A DNA stretch of 26,178 nucleotides from a virus (Duplodnaviria > Caudoviricetes): the IMG/VR virus record IMGVR_UViG_3300028594_000107, positions 1 to 26,178 of that record. One strand, given 5' to 3'. The notes below the pieces were generated by a model, which worked only from the letters and a program-made list of their open reading frames with translations, was not told where the DNA came from and made no database searches. The position numbers were made by a program, and so were the translations under genes. Positions 1 to 9,257 of this stretch are shown here, piece by piece (the first letter of the stretch is position 1; each line of letters starts with the position of its first letter).

Positions 1-273
1 CTCGACGATTAGATCTCGTGGTCCACGAGAGGGATCGAGGATGCCGACAAAGTGATCGCGCCGGCTAAACACCTCGGCAGGCGTATCGCCGGTGATGTCC
101 ACTTGAAACGTGAACAGCACCGACGACCTCGACGCCCCGCCGTAGATCACGCCCTCGGCCCCCGGCTGGCTCGTTGTGTCGATCGATAGACCGCCTAACG
201 ATGGCCAGGTGCGCAGCGTAGCCGTCACCCCTGGCAGGTCGAGCGTATCGACGCCGCCATAAACGAAACTCAC
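1..273 (-). CDS. Distal tail (Dit-like) / minor tail protein, N-terminal part, runs off the window
   Basis: Not in the ORF track. GTG at 273-271 overlaps the tape measure stop (GTGA); frame is open to base 1: MSFVYGGVDTLDLPGVTATLRTWPSLGGLSIDTTSQPGAEGVIYGG...; first gene after tape measure. Confidence 0.7.
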   Translation of the reverse strand, partial: MSFVYGGVDTLDLPGVTATLRTWPSLGGLSIDTTSQPGAEGVIYGGASRSSVLFTFQVDITGDTPAEVFSRRDHFVGILDPSRGPRDLIVE

Positions 274-3200
274 GAGACAGCACCTCCGAGATTGATCTTG
301 CCGTTAGCTCGTCCAGCATCGGCTGCACGACGGTAAAGATCTTGCGATAGTTGTTTCACTCGATCATCTGAATCGACGGTAAGCGACTCGACCGACACGA
401 GCGGCCCCTGCACAACCATCGTTGTCGCTGGCTGTGCGCCTCGTTCCAGTGTGGCCACCGACGACGAGCCGGGATCCTGCGAGCTGATCAGACTTGTTGC
501 GTCCATGCGAGGCTGCATCCGCTCTAGGTCACGGTTAGCGGCCTCGGCTAGTCGGTTGCGTCGATCGAAAGCATCGCTCGTCTGTCGGACCATGACATCT
601 GCAGCGCTGCGCACGTTGCGCGTCTGCCGCTTGATGCCGTCTGCAAAGCCCTCGCCAGTCCACTCGCCAAATTGACGAAAGACTTTCGATGGCGATGCGA
701 TGCCGAGCTTGGATTTTGCCCAGTTGATAGCACCATCGACGACGCCGCCGATCGCGTTCATTACCGCCTGGCCAGCATTGCGGATCCCGTTCGCTAGTCC
801 GGTGATCATATCGCGGCCCATTGTTTTCAAGCGCCCCGGCAGTGATGCGAGGAAAGAGCGGATCCGACCCGGTAGCTCTTGGAAGAATGAGACAACATTA
901 TCGACGCCGCTGCGCACGGCATTGACGATGCCATCCCATGCACTTGAGAGCAGATTACCTATTGCCGACCATCCTGCCGACCATAGCGACGATATGACGC
1001 CTAGCACACTCGATATGATGCCGAGCACCGCGTTAATCGCACCAGATACGACAGACGAGATGATCTGCCAGACGCCCGATGCGATTTGCTTGATGCCCTC
1101 CCAGGCTTGCGACCAGTCGCCCTGTATGACGCCCATCACGACGTTAATAACGCCCTGGATCACCGACATCGCGCCCTGGATAATGCCACTCACAGTCTCG
1201 AAAACTGTCTGCACTACCGGCAGCAGGCTCTCGATGATCGGGATCAGGAAACCGGCTATATTTTCGACTAGCTGCAGCACTGGCGGGATCACCGCGAGCA
1301 GCGCAGCAGCAGCCCCCGGCAGCACCGACGAGATCAGATCACTAAGAATCGGTGCCAGCATATCGATCAGCTGGATAATAAGCGGTGCAAACGCCTCGAC
1401 CAATCCCAGCACCGACTCGACGATCATCCCAAATAGCGGGATCAGAGTCGGCAGCACTGCTGCTATCTGCGTCCAGAGATCCACGAGGATCGGCAGCAGC
1501 GCCTCGACGAGCTGCATCACGACTGGCACTAGGCCCTCGATCAGCTGCGCGATCAGCGGTGCCAGTGCGACTGCGACCTCGGTAAATGTCTGCGCGATCA
1601 TGGCGATTAGTGGCGAGAGCATCGTGATCACATCTGCCACCATCGTCAGCAATGGCAGCAGTGCCGGCAGTAGCGCCTGCACGATTGGACCGATCGCCTC
1701 GATAACGGGTGTTAGCGCAGCGACGAGTGCCTGCATGATCGGTGGCAGCGCCATGAGCAGAGGCGAGAGCGCACCGATGATCTGGATCAATGCATCACCG
1801 AGGATCGGGATCAATGGCTGCAGTGCTGCCAGTAGTTGCCCGATGATCGGTGCGACCGTCTGGATCGCTACGCCTAGCACCTGGCCTAGTGTCGTTGCCA
1901 GCTGGCCTGCGAACTCTCCGACCTGGCCAAAAGCTGCAGCCAGTGCCGGCAGTGCTGGACCGACTGCAGCTAGTCCTGCCTGGATCCCCTCGAAGAACGA
2001 GACGAGGCCAGTCTGGAAAGCTGGATGCTGTACTGCTGTTGCGATGTCACTGATTAGCGTGCCGACCGTCTGGCCAGCAGTCTCTAGCACTGTCGAGATC
2101 GTATCTCGCATATTGTAGAGCGCATCACCGACATCGCCCATCGCGTCACCGAGTGCAGACATGGCTGCGCCTGCGCCCTCGAAGATCGTCGTTAGGCCCT
2201 CTTGGAATCGAGGCCCGTTTACGATGTCTGCGATCTCGCGCATCCACTGTGCAAAGCCGGCCAGCCCTTGTGAGCCAGCGGCCTCTGCAGCCTTGTTGAT
2301 GCCGCTAAAGATCCGGACAGTCGATGCCAGCACCGAGCCGAGATCCTGCAGCGCAGCGATCCCCTCGTCGATCCAGACAAACATCTGGCCGGACTCGGTG
2401 TTACGTTGTACCCAATCGTTAAACGAGTTGGATATATCGACAAACCACTGCGCCAGTCTCGGCAAGTATTCCGATCCGACCTGGCCTAGTGTCATCACCG
2501 CATCGATTAGCGGATCCAGTGCGCCGGCTGCGATGTCGATCGAGCTGCGCAAGTTATCGAACATCGGTGCCAGCGCATCGGCTGTCACGTGTGCTTGCAC
2601 TGCCTGCGACAGCGTTGCAAAGAACTCGCCTATATTGGTCGATGTCTCTGCCATCTCTGTCCGGAAAGCTGGCAGCACATTGCGCACCATATCCTCGATC
2701 GGTGCCTTAGCGACCGCCCAAAAGTTCGACGAAACCTCGTCTTGCAGCTGCGTAAACAATGGCCCTAAGTGCTCTAGCTGCTCGCCCATGTCGGCAAGCG
2801 CTAGTGCCATCGTGGTAATACCGGCAGCAGCACCACCGAGGATGCCAGGCAGCGCGAGCGCAGCACCACCGATCGAAGCCAGATCGCTACCTAATGCGAT
2901 GATGCCACCGGATGCCGCGATCGCAGCAGATGCCAGGTTAGTGATGGCCAGCGATACACCAGCGATCCGAGGCAGGGATCGATCCAGGTTCTCTAACGAG
3001 TCTCGCAGCCTGCGCAGATAGTCCGATGCCAGCCGTGCACCGGATAGCGCTGCGATCTGTGTGGCTACCGTCGTCATCGACGATCTGGCCAGCCGCGCAA
3101 AGATCATCACAGTGCGCGGACGAGTTAGCCAGCCGATGCGAGCGCGAGCGTAGGTGGTATCGGGATCCGCGAACACCGAGACATCGGTATCGAGATCTCG

Positions 3201-3449
3201 CAGATCGCGCTTGAGTCGCTGCAGGCCCTCTTTCCACTTGGTGCCGGTGTTCGGCTCCATCTCGACCTTGAGAGGCTTGTCTTTTAGCTCTGCACGTAGC
3301 TTTGCCAGTGCCTTGCGAGCACCATCGAGATTTACTTGCAGATTGAGCTGGATCGTGCGCTCTGCACGTTGCAGCATTTTCTTGAGATCTCGACGAAAGT
3401 TCTGCGAGTTAGGTACAACTCGGATCCCGATCTGCCCTTGATTGGACAC
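270..3449 (-). CDS. Tape measure protein
   Basis: 1059 aa, Ala/Leu/Ile-rich amphipathic repeats, N-terminal IGIRVVP motif, C-terminal LGIASPSKVF motif, follows tail chaperones. Confidence 0.95.
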   Translation of the reverse strand: MSNQGQIGIRVVPNSQNFRRDLKKMLQRAERTIQLNLQVNLDGARKALAKLRAELKDKPLKVEMEPNTGTKWKEGLQRLKRDLRDLDTDVSVFADPDTTYARARIGWLTRPRTVMIFARLARSSMTTVATQIAALSGARLASDYLRRLRDSLENLDRSLPRIAGVSLAITNLASAAIAASGGIIALGSDLASIGGAALALPGILGGAAAGITTMALALADMGEQLEHLGPLFTQLQDEVSSNFWAVAKAPIEDMVRNVLPAFRTEMAETSTNIGEFFATLSQAVQAHVTADALAPMFDNLRSSIDIAAGALDPLIDAVMTLGQVGSEYLPRLAQWFVDISNSFNDWVQRNTESGQMFVWIDEGIAALQDLGSVLASTVRIFSGINKAAEAAGSQGLAGFAQWMREIADIVNGPRFQEGLTTIFEGAGAAMSALGDAMGDVGDALYNMRDTISTVLETAGQTVGTLISDIATAVQHPAFQTGLVSFFEGIQAGLAAVGPALPALAAAFGQVGEFAGQLATTLGQVLGVAIQTVAPIIGQLLAALQPLIPILGDALIQIIGALSPLLMALPPIMQALVAALTPVIEAIGPIVQALLPALLPLLTMVADVITMLSPLIAMIAQTFTEVAVALAPLIAQLIEGLVPVVMQLVEALLPILVDLWTQIAAVLPTLIPLFGMIVESVLGLVEAFAPLIIQLIDMLAPILSDLISSVLPGAAAALLAVIPPVLQLVENIAGFLIPIIESLLPVVQTVFETVSGIIQGAMSVIQGVINVVMGVIQGDWSQAWEGIKQIASGVWQIISSVVSGAINAVLGIISSVLGVISSLWSAGWSAIGNLLSSAWDGIVNAVRSGVDNVVSFFQELPGRIRSFLASLPGRLKTMGRDMITGLANGIRNAGQAVMNAIGGVVDGAINWAKSKLGIASPSKVFRQFGEWTGEGFADGIKRQTRNVRSAADVMVRQTSDAFDRRNRLAEAANRDLERMQPRMDATSLISSQDPGSSSVATLERGAQPATTMVVQGPLVSVESLTVDSDDRVKQLSQDLYRRAADAGRANGKINLGGAVS

Positions 3450-3468
3450 TGCAGCCCCCTAACAGTCA

Positions 3469-4226
3469 TCACTGATTTATTTGTGCTGCCAGTCCGGAAA
3501 TGTTGAACGTTGCGACGTTTGTGACTGGCTTCTTTTGTGTGTTCGGTGGCTGTTTGAAATGGTCAGTCTTTGGACGCCTGACGCCCCTAGAGACTTGGAC
3601 CTGTAAGCCGAGCAAGTTATAAACGTCGTCGATGGCCTGCAGCTCTCGTGAGTAGCCAAACCATCGATCGCCATTGATCTCGGCTCGTAGACGTGATTTA
3701 GGCTCGTCCATTAGTCGCTCGATAAAGATCCAGGCTCGACGCGGTGAGAGCGTTGCGCGGAATACGTCGCGGATGTCGATCCGGTAAAAGTCCCACAAAT
3801 CGCCCTCGACCGCATCGCCTGTGCGATCAATTAGCTGGACGAGCCGATCAATTCCCCCAGCTGCTCCAAGTAGGTGAAAACAGTCTTAATAAAGATCTCG
3901 AAGTCCAGGGACTCAAGCTCGACGGCAGCTTGTTCGGACTCGGTAAAGTTCTCAGACACGAACTCGGTAAAGTCCGCCATCGCTTCCATTGTTTCCGGTG
4001 GCATCCCTAGCAGACTGTTATCGTCCTCGTCCTCGTCGTCGGTGAGGCCATCGAGTGCGTCCATGAGAGGCGAGAGGCGTGCGATAAAGCGCAGCCGGTT
4101 CGAGTTAGTGACCTTGCCGGCTGGCACGAGCAGATCCAGCCGTGCAGTCGGCTCGACTTCTTCTTGCAGTTTTTCTGACGGTGTTGGTGCGTTGGAATCT
4201 TGAGTCTTATTAGCTTGCGAGGCCAT
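3469..4226 (-). CDS. Tail assembly chaperone, long form made by -1 frameshift
   Basis: A -1 shift at GGGGGAA joins ...EQLG to GIDRLVQLIDRTGDAVEGDLWDFYRIDIRDVF...; the frame is open from 3858 to the stop at 3469. Confidence 0.85.
3831..4226 (-). CDS. Tail assembly chaperone, short form
   Basis: ATG at 4226 with AAAGGAG RBS; acidic 131 aa protein between major tail and tape measure, ending EQLGELIGSSS. Confidence 0.85.
   Translation of the reverse strand: MASQANKTQDSNAPTPSEKLQEEVEPTARLDLLVPAGKVTNSNRLRFIARLSPLMDALDGLTDDEDEDDNSLLGMPPETMEAMADFTEFVSENFTESEQAAVELESLDFEIFIKTVFTYLEQLGELIGSSS
3852..3858 (-). other. Programmed -1 frameshift slippery site GGGGGAA
   Basis: Minus strand reads CTG GGG GAA near the end of the first chaperone ORF; the -1 frame matches ORF 3469..3798. 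Confidence 0.85.
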
Positions 4227-4268
4227 TGTGCAGATCTCCTTTTGAGATTGTGTCGGTGATGCAAGACC

Positions 4269-4295
4269 GCATAAAAAATGCACCCCGTAGGGTGC
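4269..4295 (-). terminator. Intrinsic terminator after the major tail gene
   Basis: GCACCC-TACG-GGGTGC stem followed by ATTTTTTATGC. Confidence 0.7.
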
Positions 4296-4354
4296 CTCGT
4301 TCCAGTAGCGGCCTCGCACCGATAACTATCTGGAACGAGGCAGGTTATGCAGCC

Positions 4355-4924
4355 TTAGCCGGCTGGCTGATCTTCTAGTTGCGGATGGAAAATGCCGATG
4401 CGATCGCCGGTATCATTCGACGAGAGGATCGACCCCTGTAGCTGGATCTCGAACAGTGCATCGACTGCGATCTCTGGTGCATCTCCGATCTTCATCGGTG
4501 TGCGCGGGAAGTAAAGCCCCATGCGAGCCGATGCATCCTCGATCAGAATAAATGCAGCCTTTTCGATCGAACGATCCTCGCTCGGCACCCAAAATGCGCC
4601 ATCGCGCACGGTGCCGCCTGGCCATGCCAGACCGAGGGTTAGGCGATCGACCTGCAGCGAGTTTACAGTCCACGACCACTGTGTAGGTTCGGACGACTCG
4701 CGCATCGAGGCTGTCCACCACGAGCCATGCTGTGTCGTATCGCCGCCATCTTTGGCCAGTGCGACAGTGTTCTCTCGTGATGTGTGGCCTAGTAGATCCC
4801 AGCCCTCGTAGCTTGTAGGCTCCATCGGATCGACTGTCTTGTAGTCCAGCGGTGCTGTGTCCGGATCTCCGAAGAAAACCGTGCCACGACCCGGCAGGAT
4901 CGTTGCATTACTGTTGAGCGACAT
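4355..4924 (-). CDS. Major tail (tube) protein
   Basis: 189 aa with PGRGTVFFG and GWDLLGHTSREN motifs typical of actinophage tail tube proteins; AGGAGG RBS; position. Confidence 0.9.
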   Translation of the reverse strand: MSLNSNATILPGRGTVFFGDPDTAPLDYKTVDPMEPTSYEGWDLLGHTSRENTVALAKDGGDTTQHGSWWTASMRESSEPTQWSWTVNSLQVDRLTLGLAWPGGTVRDGAFWVPSEDRSIEKAAFILIEDASARMGLYFPRTPMKIGDAPEIAVDALFEIQLQGSILSSNDTGDRIGIFHPQLEDQPAG

Positions 4925-5363
4925 CTGCGCCCCCTCCTATAACTGTGTACGGTCGCAACCGCACGGTAAATTGCATGTTGTACTGATGGAATGTTTTTGC
5001 TGAGTTAGCGACCTCTGACGGTGCCGATCGCACTGGCAGGATCTCTGCATCGACTGTCGAGATGTAGCCGGCCTCTGGAACGTGAGTGCGCTCTAGGTTC
5101 TCGACGATGGCCAGCACATCGCCGGCCAGCCGTTGTGCAGCATTGAGATCTCGTGCCAGCACCATGATCGGCATCTGCCAGATGCCCCCGGCTGTCGGTT
5201 TAGCGTTAGCTAGTCCGGATCCGGTAACAGCATTGACGAGCACTGTGGCATCCTGCAGCGGTGTGTTTGTGTCCGCTGTAGACTGCACGCGCACCTCGTC
5301 TGGTAGTCGCTCTCGTAGCGCTGTGACCATCACATAATCGGGATCCGCATAGTGCTCTGCCAT
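4908..5363 (-). CDS. Tail terminator / tail completion protein
   Basis: 151 aa immediately upstream of major tail; C-terminal FHQYNMQFTVRLR strand. Confidence 0.7.
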   Translation of the reverse strand: MAEHYADPDYVMVTALRERLPDEVRVQSTADTNTPLQDATVLVNAVTGSGLANAKPTAGGIWQMPIMVLARDLNAAQRLAGDVLAIVENLERTHVPEAGYISTVDAEILPVRSAPSEVANSAKTFHQYNMQFTVRLRPYTVIGGGADVAQQ

Positions 5364-5366
5364 CGA

Positions 5367-5666
5367 TCACCCCTCACCGAGTGCCTTGCCGAAAGCGTGC
5401 ACACCATCGATCCACTCGCCATCTGGCCCTGCGTGCCCAAATTCTTTAGACAACGCAAGCGGATCGTCGGTGTAGATGATCCAGTCTTTGACTCTGCCTC
5501 GACCTCGTTTGATCTTGATCGAGTTGTAGTAATCACCGGAATCGATGTGCTTAGCGGCCTCGGCACGAGCGATGCCGTGCACACGCTTAGCGCGAGCTTC
5601 CATGATTGGATCGTTCGCTGCGATCTGCGCCGCTTTGATGTGCGCGTTTTTGTAGACCTTAGCCAT
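5367..5666 (-). CDS. Neck / tail-completion protein (HK97 gp10-like position)
   Basis: MAKVY start, ALSKEFGH motif, between head-tail stopper and tail terminator. Confidence 0.65.
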   Translation of the reverse strand: MAKVYKNAHIKAAQIAANDPIMEARAKRVHGIARAEAAKHIDSGDYYNSIKIKRGRGRVKDWIIYTDDPLALSKEFGHAGPDGEWIDGVHAFGKALGEG

Positions 5667-5991
5667 GTGCACCGACCGCCCTTATTATCACGTCGTCGTG
5701 AGCAGTACGACGAGACATGCGATACTGCCGTGCCTCTCCGACTTGCTCATATTCGCGCCCGTTGTAGGTGATTAGGGTATGCGGACCATACGGCCAGCGA
5801 CGGCAGATGATCCGCATTGTCGTGTTCGCCTGCACGCCTAGTCGCTCTGCCTCGTCAGCACTGAGAGGCTGCACTGCGCACTCGACCTCGACTGGCTCGC
5901 CATCTGGCACCCAATCTTGCCCATAACGGCCATCGATGGCCTTATGCGGTTGCACGAGTACCGTGTGCGGTGGCTTGCGTAGCAGACTCAC
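5659..5991 (-). CDS. Head-to-tail stopper (head closure)
   Basis: GTG overlapping the adaptor stop; MSLLRKPPHTV...VQP...GEARQYRMSRRTAH motifs. Confidence 0.8.
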   Translation of the reverse strand: MSLLRKPPHTVLVQPHKAIDGRYGQDWVPDGEPVEVECAVQPLSADEAERLGVQANTTMRIICRRWPYGPHTLITYNGREYEQVGEARQYRMSRRTAHDDVIIRAVGAHG

Positions 5992-6455
5992 ATATCCCAC
6001 CACCTCACGCGCTCTGAGAGCTGATCGCCGCCGCCCCATCCGTATTGAAAATGATGCGATGGCGGTGGCTTATTGCGGAATCGAGTCGCAAGATAGCCAT
6101 CCGTAGCCGGCAGAATGGACCCCCAAGGGCTTACCCCTAGTTGCTCCCACTCTGCCGGCAGGATGTCTAACAGACCGCTTGCGACCTGAAAGTTAATCGT
6201 GTAGCTGTAATTGCCCTCGGACTCTTGCCGTATGGCATCCGGGTTACGGAATACACGAGCAACGGCCTCGCCCTCAACTGCAGCGACGAGATCCTTATAG
6301 GCAGGTGATGCAGCTGCACGCTCTTTCAGATCAGGCAGTCTTGTCAGAATCTGATTTTGCGCTCTTTCGAGTAGTGCCTCGACGTACTGACTTTCGGCCT
6401 GCGTTAGTTCCCTTAGCAGACTCGTCTCCACGTCCATCGGCTGCGCTATCGCCAT
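5988..6455 (-). CDS. Head-to-tail adaptor (Gp19/Gp15/Gp42-like)
   Basis: ATG at 6455 with AAAGGAGG RBS; VARVFRNPDAIRQESEGNYSY motif. Confidence 0.85.
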   Translation of the reverse strand: MAIAQPMDVETSLLRELTQAESQYVEALLERAQNQILTRLPDLKERAAASPAYKDLVAAVEGEAVARVFRNPDAIRQESEGNYSYTINFQVASGLLDILPAEWEQLGVSPWGSILPATDGYLATRFRNKPPPSHHFQYGWGGGDQLSERVRWWDM

Positions 6456-6642
6456 CGTCTGCGACCTCCTTTGCATCCTCGGATGCTGTCGAGTCCGCAT
6501 CCTCGGCAGGCTCGGCAGTTTTAGCCTCTGCCGGCTGCGCGGCACGCTTGCCGACGACCTCCCATGCGTTACCTAAAACACGAGGATCCTGGCTAGTAGT
6601 AGCCAGGATCCCTGAGAATTTATGACGCACTTGGATAGTCAC
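6331..6642 (-). CDS. Small protein after capsid gene, low-complexity tail
   Basis: GTG coupled to the capsid stop; ordered N-terminal ~30 aa then Ala/Asp/Lys-rich; overlaps the adaptor by 125 nt. Confidence 0.5.
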   Translation of the reverse strand: MTIQVRHKFSGILATTSQDPRVLGNAWEVVGKRAAQPAEAKTAEPAEDADSTASEDAKEVADDGDSAADGRGDESAKGTNAGRKSVRRGTTRKSAKSDSDKTA

Positions 6643-7571
6643 TAGGCAGCACCTCCATCGCCGGCAGCGGCCTCGTCGAACGCTGCGAAAGCGGCAGGGT
6701 TTACATGCCAGCCGGCCTCGAACTCGACTCGGTAGATGATCGCGTTATCCTGAAACGCATTGACGGTGTTGCCATCGCCATCGACGATCGAGGCTTGATC
6801 CGACCGAGTTAGTTCGATGTTTGTCGAGAATCCCCAATGCAGAGAATCCCATGCGCCGACAAAACCGCGCACGCCCGTATCTGGGTTTTTACCGACACGA
6901 CCAGCGACAGCTCGACCGAAAGCGGCAGGCAAGCCGCCGAACGTTCCAGAGGTAGCTGCCAGGTTCGGCATCGGTGAAGTGCCGCCAGCCGGTGCCAGCT
7001 GTTGCTGCGAGGCCAGCATGACACGAGTACGGTAGCGGGAATCGAACGCCCAACCATCCGGATCGTGTTCATCACCGATCAGATCGTAGCCGGCAAGAAA
7101 TTGCGGCACGAGATCTGCCGAGGCATCGATCTCTAGCCGTTCAGTCGTCGAGTTGATCGAGGTCACATCGGGAATCGGTGATCCGTTGTAAGCCGACAGA
7201 CCATAAAAGATGCCGAGATCCAGCTGCCGCTGGACCGCGTTGCGCATATCTTGCTGCACGATCTGCATCATGCGGCCAGGGTTAGCGCGAGCCGCTTCAC
7301 GAGACACAACGAGCAGCCCTGCGAACTTGCGCGGTGTGATGCCGCTGATCGACATGCCGACATCCGAGGCAGGTTTACGGCCCATCTCTGGAACGTAGCC
7401 GACCTCAAAGCCGCCCTCGTAGACCGGAATAAATTTGCCGTTAGTCGGCATCGGTTCAGCATTAGAGAGCTGTCCGACGACAGACTGCTCGAACGCTTTA
7501 CGCATAGTAGTATCTGCCCAATCTTTAGGCAGCTGATCTGTTACATCCAGACCGTCGAGAGTAATAGCCAT
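6642..7571 (-). CDS. Major capsid protein (HK97 fold)
   Basis: 309 aa with VPEMGRKP, TPRKFAGLLVVSRE, NAFQDNAIIYRVE and PAAFA motifs; follows scaffold. Confidence 0.92.
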   Translation of the reverse strand: MAITLDGLDVTDQLPKDWADTTMRKAFEQSVVGQLSNAEPMPTNGKFIPVYEGGFEVGYVPEMGRKPASDVGMSISGITPRKFAGLLVVSREAARANPGRMMQIVQQDMRNAVQRQLDLGIFYGLSAYNGSPIPDVTSINSTTERLEIDASADLVPQFLAGYDLIGDEHDPDGWAFDSRYRTRVMLASQQQLAPAGGTSPMPNLAATSGTFGGLPAAFGRAVAGRVGKNPDTGVRGFVGAWDSLHWGFSTNIELTRSDQASIVDGDGNTVNAFQDNAIIYRVEFEAGWHVNPAAFAAFDEAAAGDGGAA

Positions 7572-7584
7572 TGCTAGTTACCTT

Positions 7585-8235
7585 TCAGTTAGTAAATCCG
7601 AAAAATTCGTTTGCCGCCTCGTCTAGAGATGGCTCGGTTGATTGTTGTCCAGCCGCCTGTGCCGGGTTAGGTGCGCCATCCTGTGCGCCCTGCGCTCGAA
7701 GATCGAGCAAGTTTTTTATCGACGCTTGCCAGGCATCCTCGTCGTCACCGACGACCTGCGAGACGTATTTGCGATCAAGCCCTGCGTCGTATAGCAGGCC
7801 CTCTTTCGTGCGCAGCTCGGTAAGCTCTGCGATCTCTTTATCTTTGGCCTGCACTGTGTCATCGGTGAGCTGCACGGTGCCTCGCAGTTCCTCGATCTCG
7901 GAATCTTTGGCACCGAGATCACCGAGTGCCTTATCGCGCTCGTTTTTCAGCTTCTCGTTATCGCCGCGTAAATTCTTGATCAGCTGCCATGCAGTCTGTG
8001 GATCGAACTCGTCATCGGATCCCCACGGTGGCTGTTCGCCATCGCCGTTGCCCTTGCCGGCTGGCTTACCGGATCCGCTATCGTTGCTGGATCCACCATC
8101 GCCGCCAGATCCGCCATCGGATCCGCCTGCAGCGCCGGTGCCATCGTTGCCGACAACGAAGCGAGCGCCCATCATCGAGAGACGCTGCATGTATTCCGGA
8201 ATAGGCTCGTAAAACGCCCGTAGTGCATGTGCCAT
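7585..8235 (-). CDS. Capsid scaffolding protein
   Basis: Gly-rich acidic N-terminal part, PPWG motif, coiled coil; directly upstream of capsid; start at 8235 chosen from AGGGG RBS. Confidence 0.75.
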   Translation of the reverse strand: MAHALRAFYEPIPEYMQRLSMMGARFVVGNDGTGAAGGSDGGSGGDGGSSNDSGSGKPAGKGNGDGEQPPWGSDDEFDPQTAWQLIKNLRGDNEKLKNERDKALGDLGAKDSEIEELRGTVQLTDDTVQAKDKEIAELTELRTKEGLLYDAGLDRKYVSQVVGDDEDAWQASIKNLLDLRAQGAQDGAPNPAQAAGQQSTEPSLDEAANEFFGFTN

Positions 8236-8291
8236 GAAAATATGCCCCCTGTGCATAGATGCCATCGACCTGCGATGGCAGTGTTAGTGAT

Positions 8292-9257
8292 TTACGCTGC
8301 GATCGACCCTGCAGCTGTCCGCATCGGTTCGCCGGTGCGGATGTCTGTTATTGGTAGCGACTCGCCCTCGTTGGCCATCCTGCGCAGCTCGCGCTCGATA
8401 GCTGAGAGTGCCTTATTCTGCGACCAGCCTGGCCCCTTGTCGTAGGTGATGCCCTTGTGCTCGTTGCCATCGGCATCGGTCCAGGTCGCATCCTCGACGG
8501 TGCGCTTATAGAACTTGCGCAGCTCGGAAAATTGGTCTTGACCTGGCCACGAGTTGTAGTCGTAGATCGGCACGACCAGACAATCGCAGTTCGGGTGATA
8601 GCTGTTTGCCCAACCGACTGCGCCGGCCTCTCTGAACAGATCCGAGGCAGCGATGCGACCTGCGCTCTCGGCTGTCTCATAGACTGGACCACGAGAGGCC
8701 AGCATGACGCAAAATGCGCAGTTTTCGGCCCCGGTGAGCACTCGTGCCCATGACCTCGCCTGCGACTCTCTGAACTCACGATCGATCTCGTCATCGTCCG
8801 CATCGGTGCCGCGCAGCGCAGCATAAGAGTAATGCCGCTCGTCTGCCTCGGTTGCCGGCTCTCGGTAATCCTCGACCGATCGCACGACCGTCTGCCGTGC
8901 AGCATCCTCGACATGCTGCGAGAGTCGAGCCGAGATCCGTTCTGCCGCCTCGTTCGGTGCGCCGCGCAGATCCTCGCGCAGTACCGTCTCGACCGAGTTG
9001 ATCGAGTAGTCGGCAAGCTCTGGCACATAAGGATCCTCGATGCCGTGATCCTCGGCTGTGTCCAATAAAAACTCGGTAGCTGCCTCGTGCGCGTCGTAGC
9101 GTGCACCTCGGATCACCTCGACGAGAACGGGTGCCAGCTGCCGGATCTCTGCCTGCCGATCCTCACCTCGATACAGTGAGAAAATAAGCCGAGTCACCAC
9201 TGGCACGATGCCGCCCGTTGCAGCATCTAAAGCCAGTCGGTAAGCGCTTAGGTTCAT
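8292..9257 (-). CDS. Minor head / capsid maturation protein (VG15 / MuF-like)
   Basis: WARVLTGAENCAFCVMLASRGPVY...HPNCDCLVVP motif; between portal and scaffold. Confidence 0.8.
   Translation of the reverse strand: MNLSAYRLALDAATGGIVPVVTRLIFSLYRGEDRQAEIRQLAPVLVEVIRGARYDAHEAATEFLLDTAEDHGIEDPYVPELADYSINSVETVLREDLRGAPNEAAERISARLSQHVEDAARQTVVRSVEDYREPATEADERHYSYAALRGTDADDDEIDREFRESQARSWARVLTGAENCAFCVMLASRGPVYETAESAGRIAASDLFREAGAVGWANSYHPNCDCLVVPIYDYNSWPGQDQFSELRKFYKRTVEDATWTDADGNEHKGITYDKGPGWSQNKALSAIERELRRMANEGESLPITDIRTGEPMRTAAGSIAA

Noticed and set aside
65-328. 87-aa minus-strand ORF from the track
   Set aside because: Overlaps tape measure and the better-supported distal tail frame starting at 273
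700-3021. Long plus-strand ORFs (472 aa, 286 aa) and other antisense ORFs across the window
   Set aside because: Shadows of minus-strand genes caused by codon bias; Ser/Ala/Ile-rich, no motifs, no evident RBS
6639-6644. Stop-codon readthrough extension of the major capsid protein
   Set aside because: TAG is followed in frame by TGA, and no slippery site is evident
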